In this document: positions 52,010 through 64,000 of the stretch, piece after piece
Position numbering within the stretch: the first letter of the stretch is position 1
Layout of the letters: each line of letters opens with the position of its first letter
From: Octopus vulgaris
Lineage: Eukaryota
Direction of reading: 5' to 3'
Length of the DNA stretch: 64,000 bases
Assembly: GCA_951406725.2 (NCBI GenBank)
Contig: OX597814.1
Span: 69,316,001-69,380,000 of the forward strand
Program-made: the position numbers and the translations under genes
Notes under the pieces: model-generated
What the model was told of the DNA's origin: nothing
The model's database searches: none
The model's input: only the letters and a program-made list of their open reading frames with translations

Positions 52010-52430
52010 GAGATGCATCAACAGTGACCAGGTGTCATTAGGTATTTTGTGTTTTTCAACATCAAACACCTTTGTTCAGGTAAACCAGGTGGGATTTATC
52101 AGGTTTCCACTTGCATTTCAGCAGCGACCACCAATTGATCAGCCTTTTTAATCCAAATCCCCTTGGTTTTGTCTGCAGCTTTACTCATGTATTAACTGGC
52201 CCTTTTCTTTGCTGTCCTTGTAAAATTCAATTGATTAATGACTTTGCAAAGTGAATGTCCTGCAAAGCCTCTATAGTTCACTCTATGAACTTATAATGTG
52301 TTTTCCAGCATCTGTCCTGGTACTTGTTCAACAATTCCTGGTACTTTTCACATTTTCTCACATTGGTTTCAATATGCTCTTTCCATGGCACTATAATAAC
52401 TTCCAGCATGATCATTTGTTTTATTATTTC
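52010..52430 (-). mobile_element. R2/Hero-like RLE LINE 3' fragment
   Basis: KQMIMLEV..VPWKEHIE..K.EKYQEL...CWKT...EV.CR (RLE motif); 3' UTR ggtgtttgatgttgaaaaacacaaaatacctaatgac resembles Hero-type ends (from memory). Confidence 0.6.
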
Positions 52431-52536
52431 AGAGATAATAAAACAAATGATAATGCTGGAAGTATTTATAATGCCATGGAAAGAGCATATTGAAACCAAT
52501 GTGAGAAAATGTGTAAAGTACTAGGACAGATGCTGG
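52305..52536. repeat. Fold-back palindrome derived from the RLE fragment
   Basis: cacattttctcacattggtttcaatatgctctttccatggca pairs with tgccatggaaagagcatattgaaaccaatgtgagaaaatgtg; centre near 52430. Confidence 0.9.
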
Positions 52537-52710
52537 TAGAATCATTAGTATAATGGATAAAATGCTTAGTGGTATTTCACCTGTCACTACATTCTGAGTT
52601 CAAATTCTGCTGAGATCACCAATGCCTTTCATCCTTTTGGGGTTGTTGTCAATGTAATTGACTGTACCCCTCCCTAAAAAATTCAGGCCTCATGCCTATA
52701 ACAGAAAACA
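52537..52710 (+). mobile_element. SINE family 2 fragment
   Basis: aaatgcttagtggtatttc...ttctgagttcaaattctgc...gcctttcatccttttggggtt, homologous to 19631-19843. Confidence 0.75.
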
Positions 52711-53203
52711 TTATTTCAGAGATAAAGATGATGTGCAACAGGAAAGATATTGCTATGATGTGCTGTAAAAACTTCAGTTGCTTATTTGATCGACACACAG
52801 CTATCAAGTCAGCAGATATGCAAAAGGAGTCTGTTCTTGTTTATTTGCAAACATATATGCATCGTGGATTGATAAATATAGAAAATTGCATTCATTAAAA
52901 CAATATTTTAAGGTAAAATTTATCACATGAAAAATAATATTGTAATTCTAATAGATAATGTATGAGGAAAATATTTACATCCTCCAATTTTAGATTTAAA
53001 ATATATAACTTTTTAATAAAAATTACCAAAATATCTATAACATTAAAAAGAAGAATTGGTGTAGTTTAAAAAGGAAATTAGCTAGGACTTTCCTACAAAT
53101 TTATGAATAGTACACTAAAGAAATATTGGTTTACCTTTATACTACAGAAATATTTATTTACCAACACAGAAGTTTTGTCAATAATATATTGATATAATAA
53201 TAC

Positions 53204-53365
53204 CTCAAAGCATTTTATAATAACATCTTTCTGAACTTTCAAGAAAAGCTCAATGTCATATTCATTTACAAGCTTGTCACAGTAAACTCTTTGAGTTTCA
53301 TGCACCCAAAGTCGAACTAATTCAGCAGGGGTATTACAGCAATGTTTGGAAGAGAACAAAATACC
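53204..53365 (-). CDS. Axonemal dynein beta heavy chain (DNAH9/11/17-like), exon A (end of AAA3 lid / AAA3-AAA4 linker)
   Basis: ttcag|GGT acceptor and GAG|gta donor; 162 nt, phase 0. Translates GILFSSKHCCNTPAELVRLWVHETQRVYCDKLV...KCFE, containing the dynein RLWxHExxRVYxDKL motif. Confidence 0.92.
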
Positions 53366-55766
53366 CTGAAATAAAGACATAAAAGAAAAATTTAATATAT
53401 TGTATCTGATCTCATAAAATTGAGAAATACTTGAGCTATATAAACCATAATTAGTATATTATAAGTAAGGTTAAATCAAAGTAAGCAATAAACATTATAT
53501 CCAACTTAAGATTACCTTTTGATATTATACTGCTTCTGTCACTAATAGTTAATGTAAGCAGTATTTGAATGAGAAAATGCTCTACATCCAGTAACATGGA
53601 TGAATATTAACCAGTTGGTCATAAAACATGATTAATAACCATTTTACAGCAAGCTTATCAAGACAGGCCACATATCAGAGTTTTCTTTAAGAATAGATGT
53701 ATCTGAGAAATGGCACACATTGTCTCTCAGACCTATCCAGTCTATAAAGGGATGTACAGCTACTTATTCTGCATGAACTTTAATAATTTGATGCCAATAA
53801 GTGAGTAAAAAGTAAACAGGGAAAGGTTTCCAGAGGGGTGCAATTCTAGAAATGCTTGAGAAGTATTGAGTAAAAGCATATAACACAATGGAGTTAGTGA
53901 TAGATGTGTAGTAGACAAAGTAATTAAGAATTAATAATGTTATGATATATGACAAAACTTCTTATAAAGGTAGGGAAAGCTGCTGGACTTACAGGCATAG
54001 TTAATGAGATGCTCAATATATCTAACAAGTTAAGTTACGTGATTACCACCCAAATAATTGATCAAGTAACACAGGAAGTATTATATGATAGCTAAAGTCT
54101 AGTATATAAATATCATTGTAAACTGTAACAAGGGCAGAAGAGATGCTTTTGTAAAAAATTATAGAGGCTGAAAATTGTTGGGCCAGGCTATGCAGGTCAC
54201 ATAGAATGTTATGGCACACTTGAACAGGAACAAAATTAACTTAGATGAAATGCAGTTTGGCTTCATCAACACCATCTGTTCTAATCATGCATAATTTAGT
54301 TTAACTCTTAAATATGCACACTATTATTATAAGAAGTTTTGTCATTTATCATAATATTATTAATTCTTTTATTCTTTTACTTGCTTCAGTCATTTGATGT
54401 TAGCTTCGTTCCTAGACCGATCAGAATTCTATATAGCAAAAATTAAAGCTTTATTAAGAAGAACAGGTGATATTGAAGAGTAGTAACTATTGATATTAAA
54501 TTGTAGGAATTTGATATTTCTCTTTGTCCTAAGATCAGTTAACAATTCTAAATGTATCAGACCATAAGAGATTAAAAGAATTTACAATACTCTGTTCAAA
54601 AATATTAATGTGAGTTAAGTCCAAATTAGGTGCAGTACTGTAATCCTTTGCATTGTTCCTTTGAGATCAAGTCCTTTAAAGGTTAATATCCAGGTAGTAT
54701 AGTTTTCCTGTTTTGTCAGTAAGTACAATAATTCCAGGTGCATTTTTCATGCACTATGCTTATCTCTCATTCCCCTATCTTATCCTCATGTCCCTGTTCA
54801 CTATATCATTATTATCCAGTAGCACCCCACCTCTGTATGCCCAAGTTTTCGCCATTCACTACATTCCTCTCCTCAATTCTCCACTCACATTTCTTTGGTA
54901 ATGCCCTGGCCACTTATATTATGACTTCTGTACCTCAAGGTTATGCCTTGGCACTTACCACCATCTCTCTCTCTCTTCTTTTACTTGACTTTCCTATTTA
55001 TATTCTGATCCCTGTCCCTTGTGAGTCTGCCTGGCATTTTGCCATCATCACTCTCCTACTCACTCTTGCACTCCTGCTGTCTTGGTGTGTTCATCACATC
55101 GTGGGATGGAAAAATCCTTTAGTGAGATATCCAGATGCATCTCTCCATGCTGTGAGTTATCTGTTATAAGCACCATATAAGACACATAGTAATAATAGGG
55201 ATTCAAAGAATCAAACAGATCTCACATTAAGTTCTCTGCTAAATGCATAGCTAACAAGAATGACTGTGGTTCCCATTAGGGTAAACTTTTGCATCATTTC
55301 AAAAGTTTATAAAATATTCAAGTGCAAATCAAACCTTAGCAACCAGAGAGATGACATAATAATAAATTACTTGCATATATACTGCATGTCTTCTCTACAC
55401 AATACTAGAAATTAATGCAATAGCTTCATCTAAATACATGATTAACTATATCTGGAAACAATTTAAGTACATCCCCACTGAAAACTATAAAATCTATCTT
55501 CATTATTTCTGGATTTCTACTTTATTTCTGCTTTAATTGGATCTTTTGTTTGGCTGCACCTGTGGAAATTTCAAAGTTGAGTGAAAATTTTAAAATTTGG
55601 TGTATTGATGTAATTTTCCATACTGAATCTCAGAGGGCATTCACTTTTTCCAGAAAGTTTTTTAAAAATAGTTATAGAGGTTAAAAGCTTGATAATTTTC
55701 ACCCAGTCAGAAAACAGGATTTGGAAGCTGTCATTTTATGCACGACTGCACGAGTTTTCAACATTC

Positions 55767-57042
55767 TGTAGCAATATCGTTTCCCTCATTGCTATCTTCA
55801 CTGTTTGAGAAGAGTATTAAGAATAATCTCATTCGAGATTACAAACATTTTCGGCTAGTTTAACGTTGTTGTAAACACTAATCCGATTGGTTGACACGTG
55901 ACGCGATTTGTCTCTACCTATTTTTGCGCCACTGATTGACATGTGACACGAGTGGTCTCTACTACATTCGCACCACTGGTTGTCACGTGACGTGATTTGC
56001 CTCCGCTTATTTTCGCGCCATTTTTTCCAAGCAGCCAATCACAGCTTTTCATTTCTGAAGTTCGTTTGAGCCACATAAACCTTATATAAAGAAGTGTTCT
56101 CAGACACTTTTCGTCTTAGGTTTTTAGTTCTTTTCAGAGCTAAACCTCTGACCACAGAGCTCGTCTTAGGTTACAGTCCTTTTCAGGGCAGACCTCTGAC
56201 CACACAGAGCATACCAACCATGTTCCGGTTCGAAAGGCAGGCGATCACCAAGCATAACTATCCACGAAGATTTAGCTTGTACGCAAGATGTTACAGATTC
56301 CTCTCATACTGTTAGTGTGAAAATATCACCACGAAAAGAACGGTTACAGGATATCTATAACTAGAGAAAAATAACCAAGCAGAATATATAATGAAGACGC
56401 AGCAAAAACCAAGCGACAGACACAAATCATCGCCAAACATCGTTTCTATCTACGAAGGTTTAATTTGTACACAAGACAACTACAGATTCAACTATAGCAG
56501 TTAGGTGAAAATCTCACCACAGGAAAAACGGCTACAGTTAATATATCTGGAAGTATATTCATATCAAGAGAAAGATAAAACACAACAAGTGATTCAATTA
56601 ATCTCAACTACGAGACGCAACATCTTGATATGGAACTCTTACACTCCGTGTACCTCATAAACGGTAAATCAATTATCTGTCTTGAGTTCTAGTTCTTCTA
56701 AGAACTACCTTAAGCCATCTGCTACTACCTGTTGCTATGCTGATACCAACAACATGAACTGTGAACCGAATTCCATTGTTAATTCTATAGTCAGTACCTT
56801 TTATGCCTCACGAACACACAGACACAAAAACATGCTAACGCTTACGAACTCTTAACATTGACACAATTGCAAAATATGTGAAATAAATAATGTATATATC
56901 TCAAAAAGAAATCTTGTTGTCATTCCACTTGTGTTCTATTGCCGCTGTATGTATTATATGGTCTGTAATATTTCATTAAGAATATGACCACGTGCGACCA
57001 TGTCTCCTACACGATATGACCGCATGTGATCCTATTTTTATA
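55767..57042 (+). mobile_element. Probable solo LTR (about 1.28 kb)
   Basis: Flanked by a 4-bp ATTC repeat (55763-55766, 57043-57046); imperfect inverted ends tgtagcaata / tatttttata; CpG-rich U3-like part with CACGTG motifs; TATAAA near 56085; AATAAA near 56882; homologous to 1-644. Confidence 0.6.
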
Positions 57043-57289
57043 ATTCTAAAAATAACAAGTGTTTTATATGAATCTGTAAAGAAATTGAATTCTGCTTTAT
57101 CCACAACATAGAAGTTTGGTGCAGGCTCCTGCCTGGCCAGCTCCAGTCAAACTGTCCAACCCATGCTAGCATGGAAGGCAGTTGTTAAACAATGGTGATG
57201 ATGTAGCAGATTGTCAAGATTTTTTAAATTGTTCGTTGTGTTCAAAGATGTTGCACTTAAACTTCAGTCTTCGAACTATATTAATATTA

Positions 57290-57485
57290 ATATCCAGACT
57301 GCCTTCTTTCAACTGTTAAACGTGGAGGAGGATGTGTGATGATCTGTGGTGGGGGCTATATCTTGGCAATCTACAGGCACAATGGTCTCCGTTCATTGCA
57401 GAATTAATAGTCAAGACTATTTAAGCATTTTATCTGATCAAATTCATCCTATGGTTGCAGTACTGTTTCCAGAAGGAAACGAAAT
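57290..57485 (+). mobile_element. Tc1 transposase fragment
   Basis: PDCLLSTVKRGGGCVMI, GAISWQSTGTMV..RINSQDYLSILSDQIHPM. Confidence 0.75.
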
Positions 57486-57489
57486 CCAG

Positions 57490-57820
57490 TGGCAGCACCT
57501 TCCTCTTGGGTGTATATCTTGTTATTAAACTTAAATATGTGGCTCTTGAGGTACTCGAACCCACCGCATGTGTGACCATCTTTTTAACCTGATCATTGTT
57601 CTCGGGGGTCCACTCATTCCATCTCTCTCTGGGGTCTTCTTGGCCAACTAAAGTCATGTTCGTCTAAGTAATCCTTTTCACATGTCAGTCTCAGGAGGAA
57701 ACCCAGTTCTTCTGTGTCAACACCATGAAACTCCACATCACTCTTGCTGATCACCTTCACACATTTCTCCACAGCAAAATGTTTCACACAGTTAAAGTTG
57801 ATACTGAATGGCACGAGGAA
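57490..57820 (-). mobile_element. PLE RT fragment, same family as 61860-63880
   Basis: Shares ttgggtgtatatcttgttattaaacttaaata with about 62995-63026. Confidence 0.6.
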
Positions 57821-57821
57821 C

Positions 57822-60800
57822 ATGCTAGCATAGGTTGCACGATTTGAGTGAGGACTAGTGAACCAGATGGCTGCACCAGGCTCCAATCTGATCTGGCAGA
57901 GTTTCTACAGCTGGATGCCCTTCCTAATGCCAACCATTCTGAGAGTGTAGTGGGTGCTTTTATGTGCCACCAGCATGAGGGCCAGTCAGGCGATACAGGC
58001 AATGGCCATGCACAAATGGTGTTTTTTACATGCCACCTTCACAGGAGCCAGTCCAGTGGAACTGGCAACAACCTCGCTCGGATGTTTTTTCACGTGCCAG
58101 TAAGGCCATGCTGGTAATGATCATGCACAAATGGTGCTTTTTACATGCCACTGGCACGGAAGCCAGTTAGCTGCTTTGGCAATGATCACACTTGGATGGT
58201 GCTCTTAGCGCTCTACTAGCATGGATGCCAGTCATCGAATTTGACTTTGATTTCACTTGCCTCAACAGGTCTTTGCAAACAGAGTTTAGTGTCCAATGAA
58301 GGAAAGGTATGCATAAGTGGGCTGGTTACACCCCTGGCATAGGCCACGAGGTTATGGTCTCACTTGGCTTGCAGGGTCTTCTCAAGCACAGCATACTTCC
58401 AAAGGTCTTGGTTACTAGTCATTGAATTGATGAGGCCCAAAGTTCGAAGGTCTTGCTTCACCACTTCATCTCAGGTCTTCTTGGGTCTACCTCTTCCACA
58501 GGTTCCCCCAACCGCTAGGGTGTGGCACCTTTCCACACAGCTATCCTCATCCATTCTTGCCACATGACCATACCAGCGCAGTTGTCTCTCTTGCACACCA
58601 CATCTGATGCTTCTTACGTCCAACTTTTCTCTCAAGGTACTTAAACTCTGTCGTGTACGCACACTGACATTACATATCCAGCGGAGCATACTAGCTTCAT
58701 TCCTTGCAAGCTTACGCATGTCCTCAATAGTCACGGCCCATGTTTCATTGCCATGTAGCATGACTGTTCGTACACAGGCGTCATACAGTCTACCTTTTAC
58801 TCTGTGCGAGAGGCTCTTTGTCAACAGCAGAGGTAAGAGCTCTCTGAACTTTGCCCAGGCTGTTCTTATTCTAGCAGCTACACTTTCGGTGCACCCTCCC
58901 CTGCTACTGACTTGGTCACCTAGGTAATGGAAGCTATCAACTACTTCTAGTTTTTCTCCCTGGAATGTAGCAGAAGTTGTTCTCTGCACATTTTCAGTGT
59001 TTATTGCTCCTAAGCATCTGCCATATATAAAAACTATCTTCCCAGTTAGCCTTCCTTTGACATTGCTGCACCTCTTATGTGTCCATAGCTTACACTCGGT
59101 ACATCTTATAAAGTTTCTACCTATGCTTTTTCTCCAGATCGAGCAGGGCCATCAACCTGAAGGGATTTGTGGTTTGCCTGCCTTCCTACTTATTAGGACT
59201 TTGGTTTTAGCTAGGTTGACTCTAAGGCCCTTCGATTCTAATCCTTGTTTCCACACCTGAAACTTCTCTAGTTCTGATAGTGACTCAGCAATTAGAGCAA
59301 GGTCATCAGCATAGAAGAGCTCACAGGAGCATCTTGTCTTGAATTCCTCTGTATTGCTTGGAGAACTATGATAAATAGGAGGGGGCTGAGGACTGAACCT
59401 TGGTGGTCCCCTACCTCTACCCAGAATTCTTCACTGCCAACCCTCACCTTACTGACAACATCCCTGTACATGGCTTGCACAGCTCTCACTAGCCCTAGTT
59501 TCCTCATTGACCACCAGATAAGGAATCAGGGGACCCTGTCAAAGGCTTTCTCCATGTCAACAAAAGCCAGGTAAAGGGGCTTATCTTTGGCTAGGTATTT
59601 CTCCTGCAGCTGTCTTACCAGGAATATAGCATCAGTAGTACTTTTCCCTGGCACGAACCCAAAGTGCATCTCATCTAAGCTAACTCTCTCTAATTAGTTG
59701 GGCTATAACCCTCTCCGTAACCTTCATTACCTGATCCAGCAGCTTGATACCCCTGTAGTTATTTGTATCTAGGACGTCACCTTTACCTTTGTAGCAGTTG
59801 ACTATTATGCTGTTACACCAGTCATTGGGTATGACTCCTTCATGTATCATCTGGTTAACTATACGGGTGACTAGGCTGTAGCCAACACTGCCAGATATTT
59901 TGAGCATCTCTGCAGTTATTCCTGATGGGCCAGGGACTTTCCCTGTCTTCATACTCTTAATTGCTTTATCTACCAAGGTACTGTCAACTCGGATAGCTGG
60001 TCCCTCTGTTGGGTCGACATTCGGCAGACTCTCTTTCTCCCATTCATTTTCTTTATTGAGCAACCTTTCATAGTGGCATCTCCAAACCTCTCTCTTTGCA
60101 GCCTCATTTAGTGCAAGTGAACCATCATCCATGCGGACACATTTCTTTCCTACAACCTCACGATTCTCACTCACACACTGTCTTGGAACACAAAATACCT
60201 CAAGTCTTTGGTCCTCACGGTGCAGAACATTGGCAAATTTTTTCTTATCTGCTTCCCCTCTGGCTAAATAAACCTGTCTCCTAGCTTCCCTTCTGGCAGT
60301 CTGATACAATTCCCTGCTACCACCATTCTTCCAGTCCTTCCAAGCCTCTAATAGTCCTGTCAACAACATTGTTCCACCACCACATTATTTTGTGTCGAGA
60401 GGCGACTTTGCACCATCCACAGATCTGGTCAGTAGCCCTCAGCAGATTGTCCTCCAGTTGTCTTCTATATTGTGTGTAGCTATATTCCCTTCTACTTCAT
60501 CAATGGCTTCGAGTAACATGTCTCTCAATCTCTGTCCATGTGCAGGATCTTTAAGCTTCCAGACCCTTCTCCTCCATACTGGTTGTCTTCCGGGCATCCA
60601 CTTAGCCCTGATCCTGAAGTCACTAACTACCAGTCTATGTTGTGGGGTACATTCTTTGCCTGGGAAGGTTTTGGCATTTATAAGCAGCCATCTTTCCCTT
60701 TTTCTAGTCAATTTGGCTAGTCTGTCTGCCAGACCAGTAGGTGACTAGGTGACTGGCATAAGATCATTTGCATTGCAGAACTCCAGCAATCTGGTTCTCC

Positions 60801-61011
60801 CCTCATTGCGGGAACCAAAACTGCAGCCTCCATGTACACCATGGAAGCCCCCTGCAAATTGTCCAACATGTCCATTGAAGTCACCAGCCACAAAGAGAAG
60901 GTCCCTGTCATTTGTCAATGAGGTAGTCTGCAAGATTGTGTTGTAGAATCGGTCTTTCTGTCCATTGGGTAGCCCTGGTTGAGGGGCATAGGCCAAGATA
61001 ATGGTTGCTAA
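57822..61011 (-). mobile_element. RTE LINE, largest copy (partial APE endonuclease, RT, 3' UTR), frameshifted
   Basis: AYAPQPG, AGDFNGHVG, QHRLVVSDF, PGPSGITAEMLK, NYRGIKLL, HQGSVLSPLLF, YADDL, FHYLG, RQLRWYGHVARM, GRGRPKKT. Confidence 0.92.
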
Positions 61012-61859
61012 CCCACACGTTTATGAATTTGTATTTTAAGATTCCTGATGTGAAATCCTGTTAAAACTGATATTGTTGTATTTTGGGATGGTCATTTGTT
61101 TTGTTTTTTTTGCCAAATAAACATATATATTCATTATTTTATTTTTATTTTTATTTTTATCTAGTTTCAGCTCACAAGCTGTGGCCATGCTGGGGCACCA
61201 CCATTTCTTCACTTGCTTTTTATAATTCTTATTTTAACTCATGTCCATTGTCCGGAAATCTTTCGTCACACATCTGTGACCTTGTCAGTGGCACTTTCCA
61301 TTCTCATGTGTGCTCCTGCTCTGCTTAGTCCATTCTGTTCTTATATGACGTGTATTCTTGTATGTGCATGCATTTGCATCTGTATTTGTGTGCGTGCATA
61401 TGCATGTTTGTGTTTCACATGTGTGCTTATGTGTGTATATACCCTTTATATTGTTGTCATCATTATTGTCGTTGTTCATGGTAGCACACTGACTCTCCCC
61501 TCATCCCTGTTCCCTCCTCCATCTTGAAGTACTGTATCTCTGTGTTTATGTGTTTGCCCATGCTGCTGTCATCATGGTAGTTCTTGTTGTTGGTCACATT
61601 GTTGATGTAGTTGCAGCCGTTTGTGAAGTTACTGTGTGCGTTTGTGCGTGTATACAGGTTCGCTTAGTGTTATTTGTACCCATGCCCTTTATACAGATTT
61701 TTTGTTTACCTATTTATCTCTGTTTCTCATATTTATCTATTGTGTGTGTATTACACTGTTTGTATGTTTTTTTTTCTCTTCCCTTCTATCTTTAGTTGTT
61801 GTGTTGCACGGTGTGGTGGTGAGTGTTATTGTTCCATTTTTGTTTTCTATTGAGGCTCA

Positions 61860-63880
61860 GTCTGTCTATTGCTATGTGAGTAGCCTTTGTAATCTAAGTG
61901 TTGTGTCAGTTCTGTGCATTGATAATACCTCAACCTCTATGTTATTAACCAAGCCTCTATGTTCTGCTTGAGCATGTTGGTTGAGCACTGGCAAGCCTTT
62001 CTCCTCTTTGAGATCCTGCCAGTGTTTGTCTATATGTTCCTCTGTGCTGCATGCTGTTTCTCCAATGTAAGTATTGTTTCTCTTGTTTCTATACCGTCCC
62101 TCATTACACTGTAAGCTATACACTATATTCCTAACCATACAGTTAACTTGTGGGTTCATTCTACATACTATACAATTGTTCTGTGTACATAGGTACCTAT
62201 TGAAGGGATAAGTTCTATCGATCAGGGATTTTATGGTTGCTCCAGGCCTTTCTATTACTTTAATCCATAGGTTAACCTTAAGTAATGCTTTTCTGAAAAG
62301 GTATGCAAGTTTGCTGCCAGGGGTAGCATCAACTTTGACACTGGTATTTTTTGTTGTCATACCATGAGTTGGCCTCATCTATCTTTTTTCTCATCCTTTC
62401 TGTGCTGTTCCAGGATTTACCCCTGTATAGCAGGCAGATCCCTTTTACATCACTCTCTATGATGGCCTTGTACTTAGCCCTAGCTCCTTTGCACACTCTA
62501 ATCCTGTCCCTTTGGTTGTAACCAGAGAACTGCACGTGGCAGATGAAGTGTTTTATGTGTCTTTCCAATTATATTAGGTCGTACATGTGGAACACATTCC
62601 TCATCACTCTCATCAAGTCTCCTATTAGAATATTGAACTTCGCATTGTCCTCAATGGCTGTGTTCTTGTGAACCAGGTATTTAGAGGCTATGGGTTTGGC
62701 ATAATGGGAGTGAAGGATTTGGACCTAAATGTTCTTGGTTTCCAGCAAAACTGGTAACCTATAGTCCGGGTGCTTGTTAGGGTAGTCTATTGTTACTTTA
62801 ATACTCTGGTGGATGGAGTCAGCTATTTGCTGGTTGATCTCCATAGTGTTAGCTTCTAAATCATCGACATTGTCTTATGGGGGTGCTTTGGCTACTATGA
62901 TGATATCATTCACATACCAGGAGTACATGGCTAGGGTTATGGAATTTCTCTTTGAGTCTTCTAGGTTAGCCACATCACCAGCTGCACCTTCCACTTGGGT
63001 GTATATCTTGTTATTAAACTTAAATAAGTGGCCCTTAATGTTGTTATTAATAGTCTAGAAGTTGTTGGCTGTGTGCTTCTTTGCCCCTAGGATGTTTGAC
63101 CACATCATCATATGAGCATTGAGGATCTTCTCTTTCTCCTCATACTCCCATACCATTGTTTCCCTCATATCAGTAATGTGGGGTTGCATTGCCTGGATGT
63201 AGTTCAGCAGGCTGACATTTTACTGGACTTGTCCGTCGGGAAGCACACAACTTCCCTATTTTTTGTCAACTGTATGAGCTTGTGCAGGCCACTTGCAAAC
63301 TTCTTATCGAGCTCCTGTGCCTCTCTTCCACTCAGTCTACTAGTGCATTGTTCTAAAACCTAAGTTTAGTACTGGCTATGGTGAAGCATGCTTCTATTTC
63401 ATCATTTGTCTGTCTGTTGAGAGATGTAAACTCTTTTGTTGAAGGGTAGGGTTGTTGAATAAATATGACTCATATTGTATGGTTTATTACATGCATTGAA
63501 GAATAGGGTGTGAAAAGGGTTAGTGTCATTTATACCTGTTGTACTACTTTCTATCTTATCATTTCTCTGGTTATCATCTCTTTGGTTGTCTATTTTAATG
63601 CTGTTATTGGTGGTGGTGGTGGTAGTGGTGGTGGTGTTTCTATGTGTATTGTTGTTGCCAGAAATGTGTATTGTTGTTAGTGTATTGTGTTGTTTTGCAT
63701 GTTTTCATAGTTGTTTTCAATATTGTTGTTGTTGTTACCAGCCCCACTACTATTGTTATTCTTATAGCTATTGTCTCCCGTTCTGCTGACCCTCCCTTTG
63801 TCTTCATTTTCTTCACTGTGGCTGCAGCTATTCTGGCTCCTAAGTTTGGCATGCTTGTGTCTTTCTGTGTTTGTTCTTCT
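61860..63880 (-). mobile_element. Penelope-like element (different family), degraded RT plus C-terminal GIY-YIG
   Basis: YVNDI, DSIHQSIKVTIDYP, HSHYAKPIASKYLVH, FSGYN, CIVC...CMVRNIVYSLQC...YIGETACS. Confidence 0.8.
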
Positions 63881-64000
63881 AAGTACAAGGCCATCATAGA
63901 GAGTGATGCAAAGGGAAACACACAAACAGAGAGATACAGGAATGGTATTAAAAGTCGGGGTCAAAGGCAGTAGCACTAGCAACGGGGGATGGGAGGGGGT

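Overview
AT-rich, microsatellite-laden animal genomic DNA. The SINE and RTE families suggest a coleoid cephalopod such as Octopus (inference). The only host gene I can support is an axonemal outer-arm dynein beta heavy chain (DNAH9/11/17-type) on the minus strand. Five GT-AG exons (53204-53365, 47684-48041, 31061-31326, 20695-20856, 20254-20487) splice in frame and encode AAA4 through the start of the stalk. The rest is mostly intronic transposable-element material: mariner/Tc1/Tigger, Chapaev3, a Helitron helicase scrap, RTE, Tx1, R4/Dong-like and Hero-like LINEs, Penelope-like elements (PLEs), two tRNA-type SINE families, probable solo LTRs and MITE-like hairpins. The main points of interest are (1) a TSD-flanked, ORF1-only (HAL1-like) Tx1-type retroelement inserted in the tRNA head of a SINE; (2) a young PLE with apparently identical 276-bp inverted termini, each carrying a minimal hammerhead ribozyme, one of them on the dynein sense strand; and (3) several fold-back hairpins and templated insertions, one overlapping a dynein branch-point region. 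All TE family calls come from motifs recognised by eye, and many TE boundaries are approximate.
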